Source of the DNA: Bacteroides caccae
Lineage (GTDB): Bacteria > Pseudomonadota > Gammaproteobacteria > Burkholderiales > Burkholderiaceae_F
Direction of reading: 5' to 3'
NCBI GenBank assembly: GCA_963590825.1
Contig: CAVAQL010000001.1
Coordinates: 6,151-56,915, forward strand
DNA length: 50,765 nt
In this document: in pieces, positions 1 to 10,845 of the stretch
Layout of the letters: every line of letters starts with the position of its first letter
Numbering within the stretch: position 1 is the first letter of the stretch
Notes under the pieces: model-generated
The model's input: only the letters and a program-made list of their open reading frames with translations
What the model was told of the DNA's origin: nothing
Database searches by the model: none
Translations under genes and position numbers: made by a program

Positions 1-1676
1 ATCGTGTATTCGCCAATCTTATCGAGTGGAATCACAACGTCTTCATTGAGTTTAAAGGCGTTGGTGTGTGCGCTAATCGCAGCTGTGCGACTGCGCTCAT
101 TCCAAAACTGAAAACGTTTTTCAGGTGTCTTTGCGACGTACCCTTCACCGTTATGCTCTTTACAAAGAGTGAGTACTTCTTTGCAGATTCGATCAAGAGC
201 GGTATCGTCATCTCCGACGATATCGCCAACAAGAACCATCTTAGGAAATTCCGAGCGCTGTGTTTTTGGCGGGTAGCCCACGGCGTGCAAATACCTGTCG
301 TCCATATGCTCGAGACCAGCGAGCATGCAACCTTCGGGATGAGAATCCAAAAGTTTTGTAATGCCAACGATAGCGGGACCGGCTTCGCTTGCGGCGCCGA
401 AAAACTCCAAACACACCGTGCGCCCGAGTTTTGGCATGCGGTGCAAAATCCACGTCGCCGACGTAATTAAACCATCGCATCCTTCCTTTTGAACTCCAGG
501 AAGACCTCCTAAGAATTTGTTGGAGACATCTTTACCTAACCCAGCTTTTCTAAAGGTTGTTCCTGGGATGGTCAGGATTTCCTTCTTTATAACGGCCGCT
601 TTCGTGGGGTCGCTTTCAAAACCATCGCGCGTTGTGATTTCCCACGTGACAGTCTTTTGCTTATGAATCTTGTCAAGATTGTGATTTAAGCGCACAACCT
701 CAACCCAATTGCCTGCGGGATTGACTAACCGATAGCTTGCTAGATTATCAACAGCCGTTCCCCAGAGGCAGGCTTTCTTGCCGCCCGAGTTTTCGCTGAT
801 GTTTCCGCCGATTGTGGAACTATCCGCGCTTGCCGGATCCACAGAGAACACGAGACCTGCGGCAGAGGCTGCTTGCATGACGCGGCGCGTTACGGCGCCA
901 GAGCCTGTGCTAATGACGGGCGTTGTGGAAGCGAGTCCTGGAAGCGTTTCTTCAAACACGGGGCCGACGTAATCGAGCTTTTCCGTGTTGATAACGGCGC
1001 TTAACGCGCTCATGGGGACTGCGCCTCCCGTGTAGCCTGTGCCACCACCACGCGGGATGATGACAAGTCCAAGGTCAATACAAGCACGAACAATGCCAGG
1101 GATTTCCGATTCACTGTCGGGCGTTAAAACAACAAATGGGTATTCGATACGCCAGTCGGTGGCGTCTGTGACATGAGAGACACGAGTAAAAGGATCAAAG
1201 CGAATGTTGTCTTTGTGCGTGATGCGCTTTAGGCGACGAACGACATTGGCGCGAAGCTTGATGGTTTCGGGAAAGCTCTTTTCAAACTTATCGACTGCCA
1301 CCGAGGCGTTGTCGATGAGCTTACCAACTTCAGCATCTCCAGTTTTATCTGCCATACGTCGTTTGTTCATTTCGGTAAGACGATGGCGTAACGCTTCAAC
1401 TAAGAGTTGGCGTCTTCTTTTGTCTTTGAGAAGGTCTTCTTGTAAGTAGGGATTTCTTTGGACGACCCAAATGTCTCCAAGCACTTCAAAAAGCATCCGT
1501 GCAGATTGCCCTGTTCGCGTTAAAGATCGAAGACTCGCTAATAAGGACCAACTGTCTTCACCAAGAAGACGAACCACGATTTCTTTATCGGAAAACGAGG
1601 TGTAGTTGTAAGGAATCTCACGAACGCGTGCGCTCTGTGGGGCCACGGACTCTTTTGAAGTAATTGCAGTTTTCAT
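1..1676 (-). CDS. DUF3683/DUF3400 FAD-linked, Fe-S oxidoreductase (GlcD-like), N-terminal part; runs off the window's left edge
   Basis: Not in the ORF track. Manual translation from ATG at 1676 gives [39 protein letters not shown]...[11 protein letters not shown]. The same frame reads [20 protein letters not shown] at the left edge, and an [16 protein letters not shown]-binding motif lies near 1030-1062. Confidence 0.88.
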   Translation of the reverse strand, partial: MKTAITSKESVAPQSARVREIPYNYTSFSDKEIVVRLLGEDSWSLLASLRSLTRTGQSARMLFEVLGDIWVVQRNPYLQEDLLKDKRRRQLLVEALRHRLTEMNKRRMADKTGDAEVGKLIDNASVAVDKFEKSFPETIKLRANVVRRLKRITHKDNIRFDPFTRVSHVTDATDWRIEYPFVVLTPDSESEIPGIVRACIDLGLVIIPRGGGTGYTGGAVPMSALSAVINTEKLDYVGPVFEETLPGLASTTPVISTGSGAVTRRVMQAASAAGLVFSVDPASADSSTIGGNISENSGGKKACLWGTAVDNLASYRLVNPAGNWVEVVRLNHNLDKIHKQKTVTWEITTRDGFESDPTKAAVIKKEILTIPGTTFRKAGLGKDVSNKFLGGLPGVQKEGCDGLITSATWILHRMPKLGRTVCLEFFGAASEAGPAIVGITKLLDSHPEGCMLAGLEHMDDRYLHAVGYPPKTQRSEFPKMVLVGDIVGDDDTALDRICKEVLTLCKEHNGEGYVAKTPEKRFQFWNERSRTAAISAHTNAFKLNEDVVIPLDKIGEYT

Positions 1677-1722
1677 AATGCTATAAGCAATAAAAACGAA
1701 ATGGAGTTGTCCATTCTACAGA

Positions 1723-1977
1723 CTAGTTTGAAGGGTTGCGGATGAGCCGATTCGTTGTCGGTGCTCGCTCAACCAAATGAAAAAGCCCCGAACCATCATC
1801 GAGAATGTCATAGCGCCACTTAAGATTGCCTCTTAGGTCCTCAAGCCAGGCGCCTGTAGGAATCCCTAACTCATCGACGTTTGCGTTAAGAAAGGACTCC
1901 GCCTCGTAGGGAGTGGAAAAATTTTCCTCGAATTCTCCGTAATCGAGAATGACCTGTACAACGAGATCTCTACGCAT
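1723..1977 (-). CDS. Small acidic hypothetical protein (84 aa)
   Basis: ATG at 1977 with GGAGG upstream. Fills the gap between two co-oriented genes (MRRDLVVQVILDYGEFEENF...). Confidence 0.7.
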   Translation of the reverse strand: MRRDLVVQVILDYGEFEENFSTPYEAESFLNANVDELGIPTGAWLEDLRGNLKWRYDILDDGSGLFHLVERAPTTNRLIRNPSN

Positions 1978-1994
1978 CGCAATGAGCCTCCCAC

Positions 1995-3401
1995 TTAAGG
2001 AAGTCGAGAAACAATGCGTGCCAAAACGCGGCACAGCTTTTCGACATACTCTAAATGCAAGGCTTCGTCTGGGCCGTGCGCGTTCGAGTGGGGCCCGAGA
2101 ACGCCTGTGAGCAAAAACTGTGCCACAGGGCACGCAGATTCAAGCGTATCGAAAATCGATAGCGACCCGCCTTCTCCAGAGTAGATGGCAGGCGCACCAA
2201 AAACCTCAGAGCTCGCGCTTTCGACGATTGCGTTAAACCAATCGGTTTGAGCCGGAGCATCCCAGCCTTTAAATGAATAGGTTCCAAGTAGTTCTACTTT
2301 TGCACCAAACGGTCGATTTGTTAGAAGCGTTTCTTCAAGGGCGCTCTGTGCGAGAAGAGGGTCAACCGTGGGAGGAAGGCGCATGGAAAGTCTTAACGAG
2401 GTTGAGGAACGCAAAACATTTCCGCCTTCTCCAATGGCAGGAAGCCCGTCTGCGCCAATGATTGCCAATTGCGGCAGCCACGTTTGAGCCAATAGGAGCT
2501 CTTCGGTGTTTGAGGTTCGCAGCACAGGCGCATCAATCCAAGGAAAGTCATTTTCGAGGCTACAAATCACGCGGGCCTTTTCTTGAATTTGCCTTAAGCG
2601 AGCGGCCGGTATTTCTGTTGCGTAAAACGCTTTACCCAAAATCTTTCCTGTGCCACTGTCTTCTAAACGATCAAGAAGGTGCCTTGCAATCATAAAAGAG
2701 TCAGGGACAACACCCGAGGCCGTTCCTGAATGTACGCCGTGCTCGAGGACACTGACTTTGAGTGTTGTGCCAAGGACTCCACGAAAGTTTGTTGTGATGC
2801 AAAAGTGCTTGTAGTCGATGCAGCCTGCGTCTAAGACAAGAACAAGAGAAACGCCTGTGAAACGTTCTTTTAGCCGACTAATCCAAAAAGGAAAGTCTTC
2901 GGAGCCAGATTCTTCTGCTGTCTCAAAAATGCCAAGTAGTTTTGGATGAGGCTGTCCGCTTGCCTCTAAGGCTTTTGCAATGCTGATTGCAGCGTAAAAG
3001 CTATAGCCGTCATCAGCAGCGCCGCGTCCATAAAGAACACCCTTTTCAAGGGAGGCGCTAAAAGCGCTGCGGCCTGCGCTCCAATCGTCGGTGGCGGGTT
3101 GCTTATCCATGTGTCCGTAAAAAAGAACACCTCCGTTACTTTTGGAGTCGCCCGTAGCAGGAATCTCAAAAAATAAGAGCGGCGTTTTTCCTTTGGCTTC
3201 GAGAATCTCAACGTGGATATTCTCAAGAGTGGTCTGGGCAAAGTCTTTGGCTTCTTTTAGTGAGCGAAGTAACTCACCGTGCTCTTCCCAGTCTTTATCA
3301 AAGTCAGGTGAGAGGCTTTTAATTGAAACGAATTTCTTTAAAGCATCGAGTGTGTCTTTTTGCCAAAGAGAGGCGAGTTTTTCGTCGGTTTTTGTAAACA
3401 C
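1995..3401 (-). CDS. M20/M25/M40 family metallopeptidase (dipeptidase-like)
   Basis: Motifs YGHMDKQP, GRGAADDG, EESGS, GVHSG, NAHGPDE. Confidence 0.9.
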   Translation of the reverse strand: MFTKTDEKLASLWQKDTLDALKKFVSIKSLSPDFDKDWEEHGELLRSLKEAKDFAQTTLENIHVEILEAKGKTPLLFFEIPATGDSKSNGGVLFYGHMDKQPATDDWSAGRSAFSASLEKGVLYGRGAADDGYSFYAAISIAKALEASGQPHPKLLGIFETAEESGSEDFPFWISRLKERFTGVSLVLVLDAGCIDYKHFCITTNFRGVLGTTLKVSVLEHGVHSGTASGVVPDSFMIARHLLDRLEDSGTGKILGKAFYATEIPAARLRQIQEKARVICSLENDFPWIDAPVLRTSNTEELLLAQTWLPQLAIIGADGLPAIGEGGNVLRSSTSLRLSMRLPPTVDPLLAQSALEETLLTNRPFGAKVELLGTYSFKGWDAPAQTDWFNAIVESASSEVFGAPAIYSGEGGSLSIFDTLESACPVAQFLLTGVLGPHSNAHGPDEALHLEYVEKLCRVLARIVSRLP

Positions 3402-3407
3402 AGGAAT

Positions 3408-4568
3408 TTACCTTTGGATAACAAAAGAGGATGTACCAAGAAGATTCGAAATTTTCTTCGATAAAAGTTGAGCATTAGCTCGATTTTCTTCGGAACCAAT
3501 GAGAACGCGATAAAGCTTTTCATCAAGGAGAACTTCGACGCGCTCACTGACCTCTTGCTCGGAAAGCATCATTTCAGCGTGAGCCGCAACTTCGCGAGCG
3601 TTTGTTTCATTGGAAAACGCGCCAATTTGAACGCGCCATGTCGGCGCTACTGGCGCGGTCGCAGAAGGCTCTTCTTGGTTTAAAAGCTCGCCAATTGCAT
3701 CTGTTGGTTCACTTTCTAATGAGCCTTGAGGCTCTTGCGCGGGAGTCTCTTCTGTGGTTACCGTGCCAGAGTCAATTTCAGGTAGACCAGTCTCAGGGGT
3801 TTCTGAAACTTCAGGCGTCGTTTCAGAAGAAGCGGAATTTTCAGCAAGTGCCTTGGAGGATTCTTCTATTTGCGGCGAAGCAGAAGGAATTGAGGCAAGA
3901 GGCTCTGTTGTTGGCAAAGAGATCTCTTTTCGTTCTTCTGCCAAAACAATGGGTTCTGGTGTTGTCTCGAGAGGAGCGGTTTCAACCGTGTAAGCCTTAC
4001 CGCTTGCGATATCGCGGCGCGTGATGCGTTCGATTTTCACTTGCGTCGTTCCCGCCTTGTGGTAGCCCAACTTCACAGCAGCCGCATAACTCATATCGAT
4101 GGCGCGACCTCCGAGGAAGGGGCCGCGGTCGTTGACACGAACAATGACGCTTTTCCCATTTTTCAGATTCGTGACGCGCGCATAACTAGGAAGTTCCATC
4201 GTCGGGTGAGCGGCGGTCATCGCAAACATGTCATAGCGCTCGCCAATGGCAGTTTTACGACCATGAAACTGCTTTCCGTACCAGCTAGCGATGCCAACTT
4301 GCGTGAATTCCTTGTCGCCTGTCATGGGGTAGTAGCGTTTTCCCATCACAGTGTAGGGTCGGCTTGCTGCTTTCGAGGGCTTCTCGACCTTGAGTTGCAC
4401 AATTTCTTGAGAGCTCAAAGAGTTCTGAGAGTCAGGAGGCCCATCATGGTCATAGAACTTTCCGGCTTTACTAAGCGTCGAGGGTCCCGAGCAGCCAGCA
4501 AGAATAAGCCCTGCGCCAATGCAGGTGATGAGTATCGATGTGCGGACAGAAAAAGTCATAGGCATCAA
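3408..4568 (-). CDS. rlpA: Septal ring lytic transglycosylase RlpA lipoprotein with C-terminal SPOR domain
   Basis: Lipobox LAGC; GIASWYG...TAAHPTMELPSYARVTN...VRVNDRGPF; C-terminal VQIGAFSNETNA (SPOR). Exact start codon uncertain. Confidence 0.93.
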   Translation of the reverse strand: MMPMTFSVRTSILITCIGAGLILAGCSGPSTLSKAGKFYDHDGPPDSQNSLSSQEIVQLKVEKPSKAASRPYTVMGKRYYPMTGDKEFTQVGIASWYGKQFHGRKTAIGERYDMFAMTAAHPTMELPSYARVTNLKNGKSVIVRVNDRGPFLGGRAIDMSYAAAVKLGYHKAGTTQVKIERITRRDIASGKAYTVETAPLETTPEPIVLAEERKEISLPTTEPLASIPSASPQIEESSKALAENSASSETTPEVSETPETGLPEIDSGTVTTEETPAQEPQGSLESEPTDAIGELLNQEEPSATAPVAPTWRVQIGAFSNETNAREVAAHAEMMLSEQEVSERVEVLLDEKLYRVLIGSEENRANAQLLSKKISNLLGTSSFVIQR

Positions 4569-4757
4569 AGCATAGCCAAAAATAGGCGGCTAGAAAAAAA
4601 GAAGAAATTTCTTAGAGCGAAAGGATAGCGCTAATACTGAGAAAACAGGGCCAATAGACTATGATTGCAACTTGAAAACAACTTAGGGGCCAAAAAGACA
4701 TTATCTGACCCCTCGGGCTTTTGTTTGTCCACGATTTTGATTAGATGGGTTTTTGTT

Positions 4758-5045
4758 ATGACTCTTGCTTTAGAGGACATTTATCGCATTGCTGAACTCG
4801 CTCACATTGATATCGATCAGGAGCAGGCTGTGAAAATGCAAGGCGAACTAAATGATATTTTCCAGATGATCGAACGCATTCAGGCGGTCGATACAGACCA
4901 TGTCGAGCCAATGATGCATCCGCACGACGATACACAGCGCTTGCGTGAAGACAAAGTGGTTTTTGGCAACAATCGAGAAGAAAACATGAAGAATGCCCCC
5001 GAAAGTTATGAAGGCTTATTCATTGTTCCTCGCGTCGTTGAATAG
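4758..5045 (+). CDS. gatC: Asp/Glu-tRNA amidotransferase subunit C
   Basis: IAELAHI...VEPMMHP...LRED...NAP...FIVPRVVE; directly upstream of gatA; ATG at 4758. Confidence 0.93.
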   Translation: MTLALEDIYRIAELAHIDIDQEQAVKMQGELNDIFQMIERIQAVDTDHVEPMMHPHDDTQRLREDKVVFGNNREENMKNAPESYEGLFIVPRVVE

Positions 5046-5055
5046 GAGGGGAGCA

Positions 5056-6516
5056 ATGTCGGAAAGTCAATTTCATACTGTTGTCGAGCTTTCTCGTGCT
5101 TTGGAGAAAAAAGAAGTCAGTGCCGTTGAACTTGCCAAAGACTATTTAGCTCGTATCGAAAAAGAAAAAGCACTCAATTGCTTTTTGGATGTGCGCCCTG
5201 AAGTGACGCTAGAGCAAGCCAAAGTAGCCGATCAACGAATCGCTCAAGGGAAAGCGGGTCGCCTAACAGGCATTCCCATTGCCCACAAGGACATCTTTGT
5301 TACAAAAGAATGGGCCTCAACAGCAGGAAGCAAGATGCTCGAAGGCTACATGAGTCCTTTTGATGCGGCAGTCGTTGCCAAACTCAAAGAAGCGGGGATG
5401 GTTACCTTAGGGAAACTCAATTGCGATGAATTTGCAATGGGGTCAGCTAACGAAAACTCCGCTTACGGTAAAGTTTTTAATCCGTGGGATGCAAACGCCG
5501 TGCCAGGAGGGAGCTCAGGCGGATCAGCTAGTTGTGTAGCCGCAGGGCTTGCTCCGATTGCAACAGCTACCGATACTGGTGGGTCGATTCGAGAGCCCGC
5601 AAGTTTTTGTGGCATCACGGGCGTCAAACCCACCTATGGCCGTCCAAGCCGCCTAGGCATGATTGCCTTTGCATCAAGCTTGGATACCGCGGGTCTTATG
5701 GCTCACACGGTCGAAGATATTGCTTGGGTCTTAGGTGAGATGGTCGGATTTGAGCCGTGGGATTCCACGAGCGAAAACGCACCAACAGAAGACTTCACGC
5801 GAGACTTAGATAAGGGCGTCAAAGGATTGCGTATCGGTGTTCCTCGCGCGTGGTTTGCTCAGGAATTAGATCCTGAGGTTCGCACCGCTCTTGAAAGCGT
5901 GATGACCGAGTACGCCTCGCAGGGCGCAGAAATTGTCGATGTGGAACTGCCGAGCGCAGGTCTTGGTGTATCGGTTTACTACGTTGTTGCTTGCGCAGAA
6001 GCGAGCTCAAACCTCTCGCGCTTTGATGGAGTGCGTTACGGATATCGTGCCAAAGACTATAGCGATATTCAGGACATGATTAAAAAGAGTCGCAACGAAG
6101 GACTCGGCGCAGAGCCCAAGCGCCGCATCTTGATTGGCACTTATGTGCTCTCTCATGGCTATTACGATGCCTATTACATCAAGGCTCAGAAGGTGCGTCG
6201 CCTTATCGTCAATGAATTTACCGAGGCCTTTAAAAAGGTCGATGCGATTTTAAGCCCCGTGACGACTTCAACGGCATTTGACTTTGGCGCAAAGAGCGAC
6301 CCGGTGACAGCGTATTTGGGAGATCTTTACACGGTTCCGGCTTCTTTGGCTGGCCTACCTTGTATGAGTTTACCGTGCGGCATTCACAGTAACGGACGAC
6401 CCATTGGTGTGCAGCTTGCATGCCCACGATTTGCTGAGGCCAAAATGCTACGCATCGCCAACGCTTATCAGCAGGCAACAAAGTGGCACTTATGCCATCC
6501 TGAGAAACACCAATAA
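5056..6516 (+). CDS. gatA: Asp/Glu-tRNA amidotransferase subunit A
   Basis: Amidase signature [44 protein letters not shown]; strong RBS before ATG 5056. Confidence 0.97.
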   Translation: MSESQFHTVVELSRALEKKEVSAVELAKDYLARIEKEKALNCFLDVRPEVTLEQAKVADQRIAQGKAGRLTGIPIAHKDIFVTKEWASTAGSKMLEGYMSPFDAAVVAKLKEAGMVTLGKLNCDEFAMGSANENSAYGKVFNPWDANAVPGGSSGGSASCVAAGLAPIATATDTGGSIREPASFCGITGVKPTYGRPSRLGMIAFASSLDTAGLMAHTVEDIAWVLGEMVGFEPWDSTSENAPTEDFTRDLDKGVKGLRIGVPRAWFAQELDPEVRTALESVMTEYASQGAEIVDVELPSAGLGVSVYYVVACAEASSNLSRFDGVRYGYRAKDYSDIQDMIKKSRNEGLGAEPKRRILIGTYVLSHGYYDAYYIKAQKVRRLIVNEFTEAFKKVDAILSPVTTSTAFDFGAKSDPVTAYLGDLYTVPASLAGLPCMSLPCGIHSNGRPIGVQLACPRFAEAKMLRIANAYQQATKWHLCHPEKHQ

Positions 6517-6531
6517 GCCACGGAGATAGAT

Positions 6532-7983
6532 ATGCAGTGGGAAGTTGTCATTGGATTAGAAACGCACGTTCAGCTCTCGACGAATTCAAAAGTTTTTTCT
6601 GGAGCATCGACCGCTTTTGGTGCCGAAGCAAATACGCAGGCTTGCTACATTGATTTGGCTTTGCCTGGAGCATTGCCTGTTTTGAATCGAGGAGCGGTGG
6701 AAAAGTCCATGAAATTTGGTCTTGCCATCGGTGCCGAGGTTGCAGAGCACTCGATTTTTGATCGAAAAAATTATTTTTATCCCGATCTTCCAAAGGGTTA
6801 TCAGATTAGTCAATTTGAGCATCCGATTGTTAAGGGCGGCCGCTTAACGTTCACTGTCGAGCCCAAAGAAGGAGAGCCTTACTTAAAGACAATCAATCTA
6901 ACGCGTGCTCACCTAGAAGAAGATGCTGGCAAAAGCAATCATGGCGTACTGCGTGGTAAGTCTGGTATGGACCTCAATCGCGCAGGAACGCCGCTACTGG
7001 AGATTGTCACAGAGCCTGAATTACGAAGCTCAGCAGAAGCAGTTGGTTACGCAAAAGCGTTACACGCTTTGGTTGTGTGGCTTGGTATCTCTCACGGCAA
7101 CATGCAGGAAGGAAACTTCCGTTGCGATGCGAACGTTTCCGTGCGGCCCATGGGTGAGACAAAGTTTGGTACACGTTGCGAAATTAAGAACATTAATTCG
7201 TTTAAGTTCTTACAAGACGCTATCGACTACGAAGTTCGTCGCCAGATTGAGGTTATCGAAAGCGGTGGAAAGATTATTCAAGCAACACGCTTATATGATC
7301 CTGAGAAAAACGAAACCCGCCAGATGCGTAGCAAAGAAGACTCGATGGATTATCGGTACTTCCCAGACCCCGATTTACTGCCGCTTTACATCAGTCCAGA
7401 GTGGAAGGCGAAAGTTTTAAGCGAGATGCCCGAGCTTCCCGATCAGATGAGAAAGCGCTTTGTGACCGATTTCGGGCTTCCCGAATACGACGCAGCGGTT
7501 CTCACATCAAGTCGCGATGTTGCAGACTACTTCTGTGAGGCTAGCGAGACGCTAAAAGATAAAAAGCTCGTCGCCAACTGGGTGATGGGTGAGGTTGCCG
7601 CGGCTGTTCACGGTAGCGAAGGCATGGATTTCAAATCGTGCCCCGTGAAAGCGTCGACTCTTGCGAAAATCTTGGCGCGTTTAGCCGATGGTACGGTCAA
7701 TGCCAAGGGCGCCAAAAAGCTCTTTAGCTTACTTTGGGAAGGCTCGGATCAGGAAGTTGATGCCCTTATTGAAAAAGAGGGACTAAAACAGATTTCTGAT
7801 GCAGGGGCAATTGAACCAATCATTGACGAAATCTTGCAAAAGAATGCGGCGATGGTCGAGGAGTTCCGTAGTGGCAAACAAAAGGCCTTTAATGCGCTCG
7901 TTGGTCAAGCGATGAAAGCGACTAAGGGCAAAGCCAATCCGCGCCAAGTCAATGAAATCTTGCGTAAGAAATTAGCCGGATAG
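6532..7983 (+). CDS. gatB: Asp/Glu-tRNA amidotransferase subunit B
   Basis: [51 protein letters not shown]. Confidence 0.98.
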   Translation: MQWEVVIGLETHVQLSTNSKVFSGASTAFGAEANTQACYIDLALPGALPVLNRGAVEKSMKFGLAIGAEVAEHSIFDRKNYFYPDLPKGYQISQFEHPIVKGGRLTFTVEPKEGEPYLKTINLTRAHLEEDAGKSNHGVLRGKSGMDLNRAGTPLLEIVTEPELRSSAEAVGYAKALHALVVWLGISHGNMQEGNFRCDANVSVRPMGETKFGTRCEIKNINSFKFLQDAIDYEVRRQIEVIESGGKIIQATRLYDPEKNETRQMRSKEDSMDYRYFPDPDLLPLYISPEWKAKVLSEMPELPDQMRKRFVTDFGLPEYDAAVLTSSRDVADYFCEASETLKDKKLVANWVMGEVAAAVHGSEGMDFKSCPVKASTLAKILARLADGTVNAKGAKKLFSLLWEGSDQEVDALIEKEGLKQISDAGAIEPIIDEILQKNAAMVEEFRSGKQKAFNALVGQAMKATKGKANPRQVNEILRKKLAG

Positions 7984-8046
7984 TTATAAAAGCTCACGCC
8001 AAGAGAAATCGTCGTGAGCTTACGAATCTTTGGAGAGGCACTCTAT

Positions 8047-8829
8047 ATGTTGCGAGTGACGACCTTTAACGCCAATGGCATCCGCTCTGCGTCTAAGAAG
8101 GGATTTTGGACGTGGTTTGAAGCAGAAAACGCAGACATTTTGTGCGTTCAAGAGCTAAAAGCGCAGCTCAAGGATATCCCTCAAGAGTGTCAGACTTTCA
8201 AAGATTATTCGGCGTGGTTTCATTGTGCTCAAAAGCCGGGGTACTCTGGATCGGGCTTGTGGTCGAGAGTGGAGCCAGAAAATGTGCAAATCGGCTTTGG
8301 CGAAAAAGAGTTTGATGATGAGGGCCGTTATGTGCGCGTGGACTTTAAAAAGCTCTCGGTGATTTCTGTTTACTTCCCCTCAGGCACAAGTTCGGAAGAG
8401 CGGCAGGTAGCGAAGTTTCGCTTTCTTGATTGCTTTGCCAAGCACATGGATTCGTTACGCAAAGACGGGCGAGATATTCTTGTCTGCGGAGATGTGAATA
8501 TCGCGCATAACGAAATTGATCTTGCCAACTGGAAGGGAAATCTCAATCACACAGGATTCTTACCCGAAGAAAGAGCGTGGCTTACAACCTGCTTTACAAA
8601 ACGCAATTGGGTTGATGTGTTTCGCAAGATTGATGACCGTCCCGGACAATACACGTGGTGGAGCCAACGCGGCAGAGCACGCGAGAAAAATGTCGGGTGG
8701 CGCATCGATTATGAGATTGCCACTCCCAAATTAGCAGATAGCGCCAAGACGGCATCGATTTATAGCGCAGAAAAGTTTTCCGACCATGCGCCTCTTACGA
8801 TTGAATACGACGGAGATTGGCTTGAATGA
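8047..8829 (+). CDS. xth: Exodeoxyribonuclease III / AP endonuclease
   Basis: NANGIRS, CVQELKA, GDVNIAH, YTWWSQRG, GWRIDY, SDHAP. Confidence 0.95.
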   Translation: MLRVTTFNANGIRSASKKGFWTWFEAENADILCVQELKAQLKDIPQECQTFKDYSAWFHCAQKPGYSGSGLWSRVEPENVQIGFGEKEFDDEGRYVRVDFKKLSVISVYFPSGTSSEERQVAKFRFLDCFAKHMDSLRKDGRDILVCGDVNIAHNEIDLANWKGNLNHTGFLPEERAWLTTCFTKRNWVDVFRKIDDRPGQYTWWSQRGRAREKNVGWRIDYEIATPKLADSAKTASIYSAEKFSDHAPLTIEYDGDWLE

Positions 8830-9515
8830 ATCTTGAGCAATTGCTTTTTACACAAGGCTTTGGCACGCACCACGAGTGTTGTGGCCTGATTGCTCAAGAA
8901 AGAGTGAGATTTGATGGCCAATTAATCGCGACGCCTGAATCGTGTGTTGAGCCAGAGGGTAAATGGTTTTCTGTCGACGGCATTCAGTGGCCCTATTGCG
9001 AGAAGGCGCTTGTGATGATCAATAAGCCCGCAGGCTATGAGTGCTCGATAAAACCGAGAGACTATCCGAGTGTTTCAAGTCTTTTACCAGCTCCACTGCG
9101 CAGACGAGGGCTTCAGCCAATCGGTAGGCTCGATGCGGATACGACGGGTCTTCTTTTGCTGACCGATGATGGACAACTTAATCATCGTTTAACGCATCCG
9201 AAGCACAAAATTGAAAAGCGGTATCGTGTTCGATTAAAGCATCAGGCACATGCAAGTCTTATTGAAAAGCTTCTTTCTGGCGTATTGTTAAGAGACGAGA
9301 ACGAAACGCTCTCAGCAAAACATTGCGAAATCCTTTCGGAATACGAAATTTCGATGACAATCACAAGTGGCAAATACCACCAAGTAAAGCGCATGATTGC
9401 TGCTGCGGGAAATCGTGTTGAAGCTCTAAGCCGCGATGCGTTTGCAGGACTGACGTTACCAGCAGACTTGCAGTTGGGTCAGTGGATTTGGGTTTTTGAG
9501 AGGCCCATAGTTTGA
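8826..9515 (+). CDS. rsuA: RsuA-family pseudouridine synthase
   Basis: S4-like N-terminus, NKPAGY, GRLDADTTGLLLLTDDG, GKYHQVKRM. Confidence 0.85.
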   Translation: MNLEQLLFTQGFGTHHECCGLIAQERVRFDGQLIATPESCVEPEGKWFSVDGIQWPYCEKALVMINKPAGYECSIKPRDYPSVSSLLPAPLRRRGLQPIGRLDADTTGLLLLTDDGQLNHRLTHPKHKIEKRYRVRLKHQAHASLIEKLLSGVLLRDENETLSAKHCEILSEYEISMTITSGKYHQVKRMIAAAGNRVEALSRDAFAGLTLPADLQLGQWIWVFERPIV

Positions 9516-10831
9516 TGAGAACACAAGAGAAAACATCGGGGATGCGTAAGGCTTTGTCGATTTACACGAAGCCTGCGACATGGCGCATGCTCTTTTTAGG
9601 ATTTTCCTCAGGGCTTCCTCTCTTACTTGTCTTGGGAACTTTGGGGTTTTGGCTTCGAGAATCCGGTGTTGATTTAAAGACCATCGGCTTTATGAGTTGG
9701 GTCGGTCTTTGCTGGGGAATGAAGTGGCTTTGGGCCCCGCTTGTTGATCGATTAAAGCTTCCGTTTTTAACAAGAACATTGGGTAGGCGCCGTGCTTGGT
9801 TGCTTCTCGCGCAAATGGCCTTGATGATTTCGTTGGCACTCTTAGCGTTCACGGATCCAACAAAAAATGTCACAAGCGTTGTTTTCTTGGCAACAGCCAC
9901 CGCCTTTTTTGGTGCAACACAGGATATTGCAATCGATGCCTATCGTATCGAAAGTGGCACGGAAACTGAGCAAGCCGCTTTTGCTGCGGCCTACCAAACA
10001 GGCTATCGCATCGCCATGATTTGGTCAGGTGCGGGTGCTCTTGCCATCGCAGGAGCCTTTGAAGAAAGTCTTCTTGGCGGCTGGCGCGTTGCGTATCTTG
10101 TGATGTCTGCAAGTATGTTAGTCGGGCTAGCGACAACGCTACTGAGCCCAAAAGAGACGCAGCAAGTACCGATAGAGCCTGTTCGTTCGTTTTCCGAGTG
10201 GTTCTACAAAGCAGCCTGTATGCCTTTTATCGACTTTTTCTCACGTTACGGCTGGTGGGCACTGGTTGTTTTGGGGTTAATTGCCACGTATCGTATTAGC
10301 GATGTTGTGATGGGCGTGATGGCAAATCCTTTCTATCAGGATTTGGGATTTACAAAGCAAGAAGTTGCCGCTGTAAGCAAAGTCTTTGGTGTCATCATGA
10401 CGCTATTGGGCGCATTTATTGGCGGCGTTGTGGCAATGCGAATTGGTGTGATGAAAACGCTTTTCGCCGGGGCTCTTTTATCGTCTGCGACGAATCTCTT
10501 GTTTTCGATTTTAGCGGGCATCGGTCACGATTTAACATTTCTTATTTTTACCGTGAGTGCGGATAACCTAGCAGGCGGCCTAGCGAGCGCAGCGTTTGTT
10601 GCCTACCTTTCTGGATTAACGAACAAAGCGTATTCTGCAACGCAGTACGCGCTTTTTTCCTCGGTCATGCTTTTCTTACCCAAACTTTTAGCGGGCTTTT
10701 CTGGTCTTGTCGTGGAATCGATTGGGTATGCGCATTTCTTTACCGCAACAGCCGCATTGGGAATCCCCGTGCTGTTTCTCGTCTTCCTTGCGGGACGTGC
10801 AAGAAAAGAATTGATGGGAAAAGAAGAATAA
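9515..10831 (+). CDS. ampG: AmpG-family muropeptide MFS permease
   Basis: LGFSSGLP, KWLWAPLVD, GRRRAW, ATQDIAIDAYRIE, ATQYALFSS; TGATG overlap with the upstream stop codon. Confidence 0.92.
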   Translation: MRTQEKTSGMRKALSIYTKPATWRMLFLGFSSGLPLLLVLGTLGFWLRESGVDLKTIGFMSWVGLCWGMKWLWAPLVDRLKLPFLTRTLGRRRAWLLLAQMALMISLALLAFTDPTKNVTSVVFLATATAFFGATQDIAIDAYRIESGTETEQAAFAAAYQTGYRIAMIWSGAGALAIAGAFEESLLGGWRVAYLVMSASMLVGLATTLLSPKETQQVPIEPVRSFSEWFYKAACMPFIDFFSRYGWWALVVLGLIATYRISDVVMGVMANPFYQDLGFTKQEVAAVSKVFGVIMTLLGAFIGGVVAMRIGVMKTLFAGALLSSATNLLFSILAGIGHDLTFLIFTVSADNLAGGLASAAFVAYLSGLTNKAYSATQYALFSSVMLFLPKLLAGFSGLVVESIGYAHFFTATAALGIPVLFLVFLAGRARKELMGKEE

Positions 10832-10845
10832 TTCGCGTATTTGGG

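Noticed and set aside
32..1449. Short ORFs 32..367, 66..470, 241..480, 778..972 and 1204..1449
   Set aside because: They are shadow frames of the long minus-strand oxidoreductase.
4041..4628. 195-aa plus-strand ORF, and similar antisense ORFs over ptsI, prfC, topB and others
   Set aside because: They lie antisense to well-supported genes and carry no recognisable motifs.
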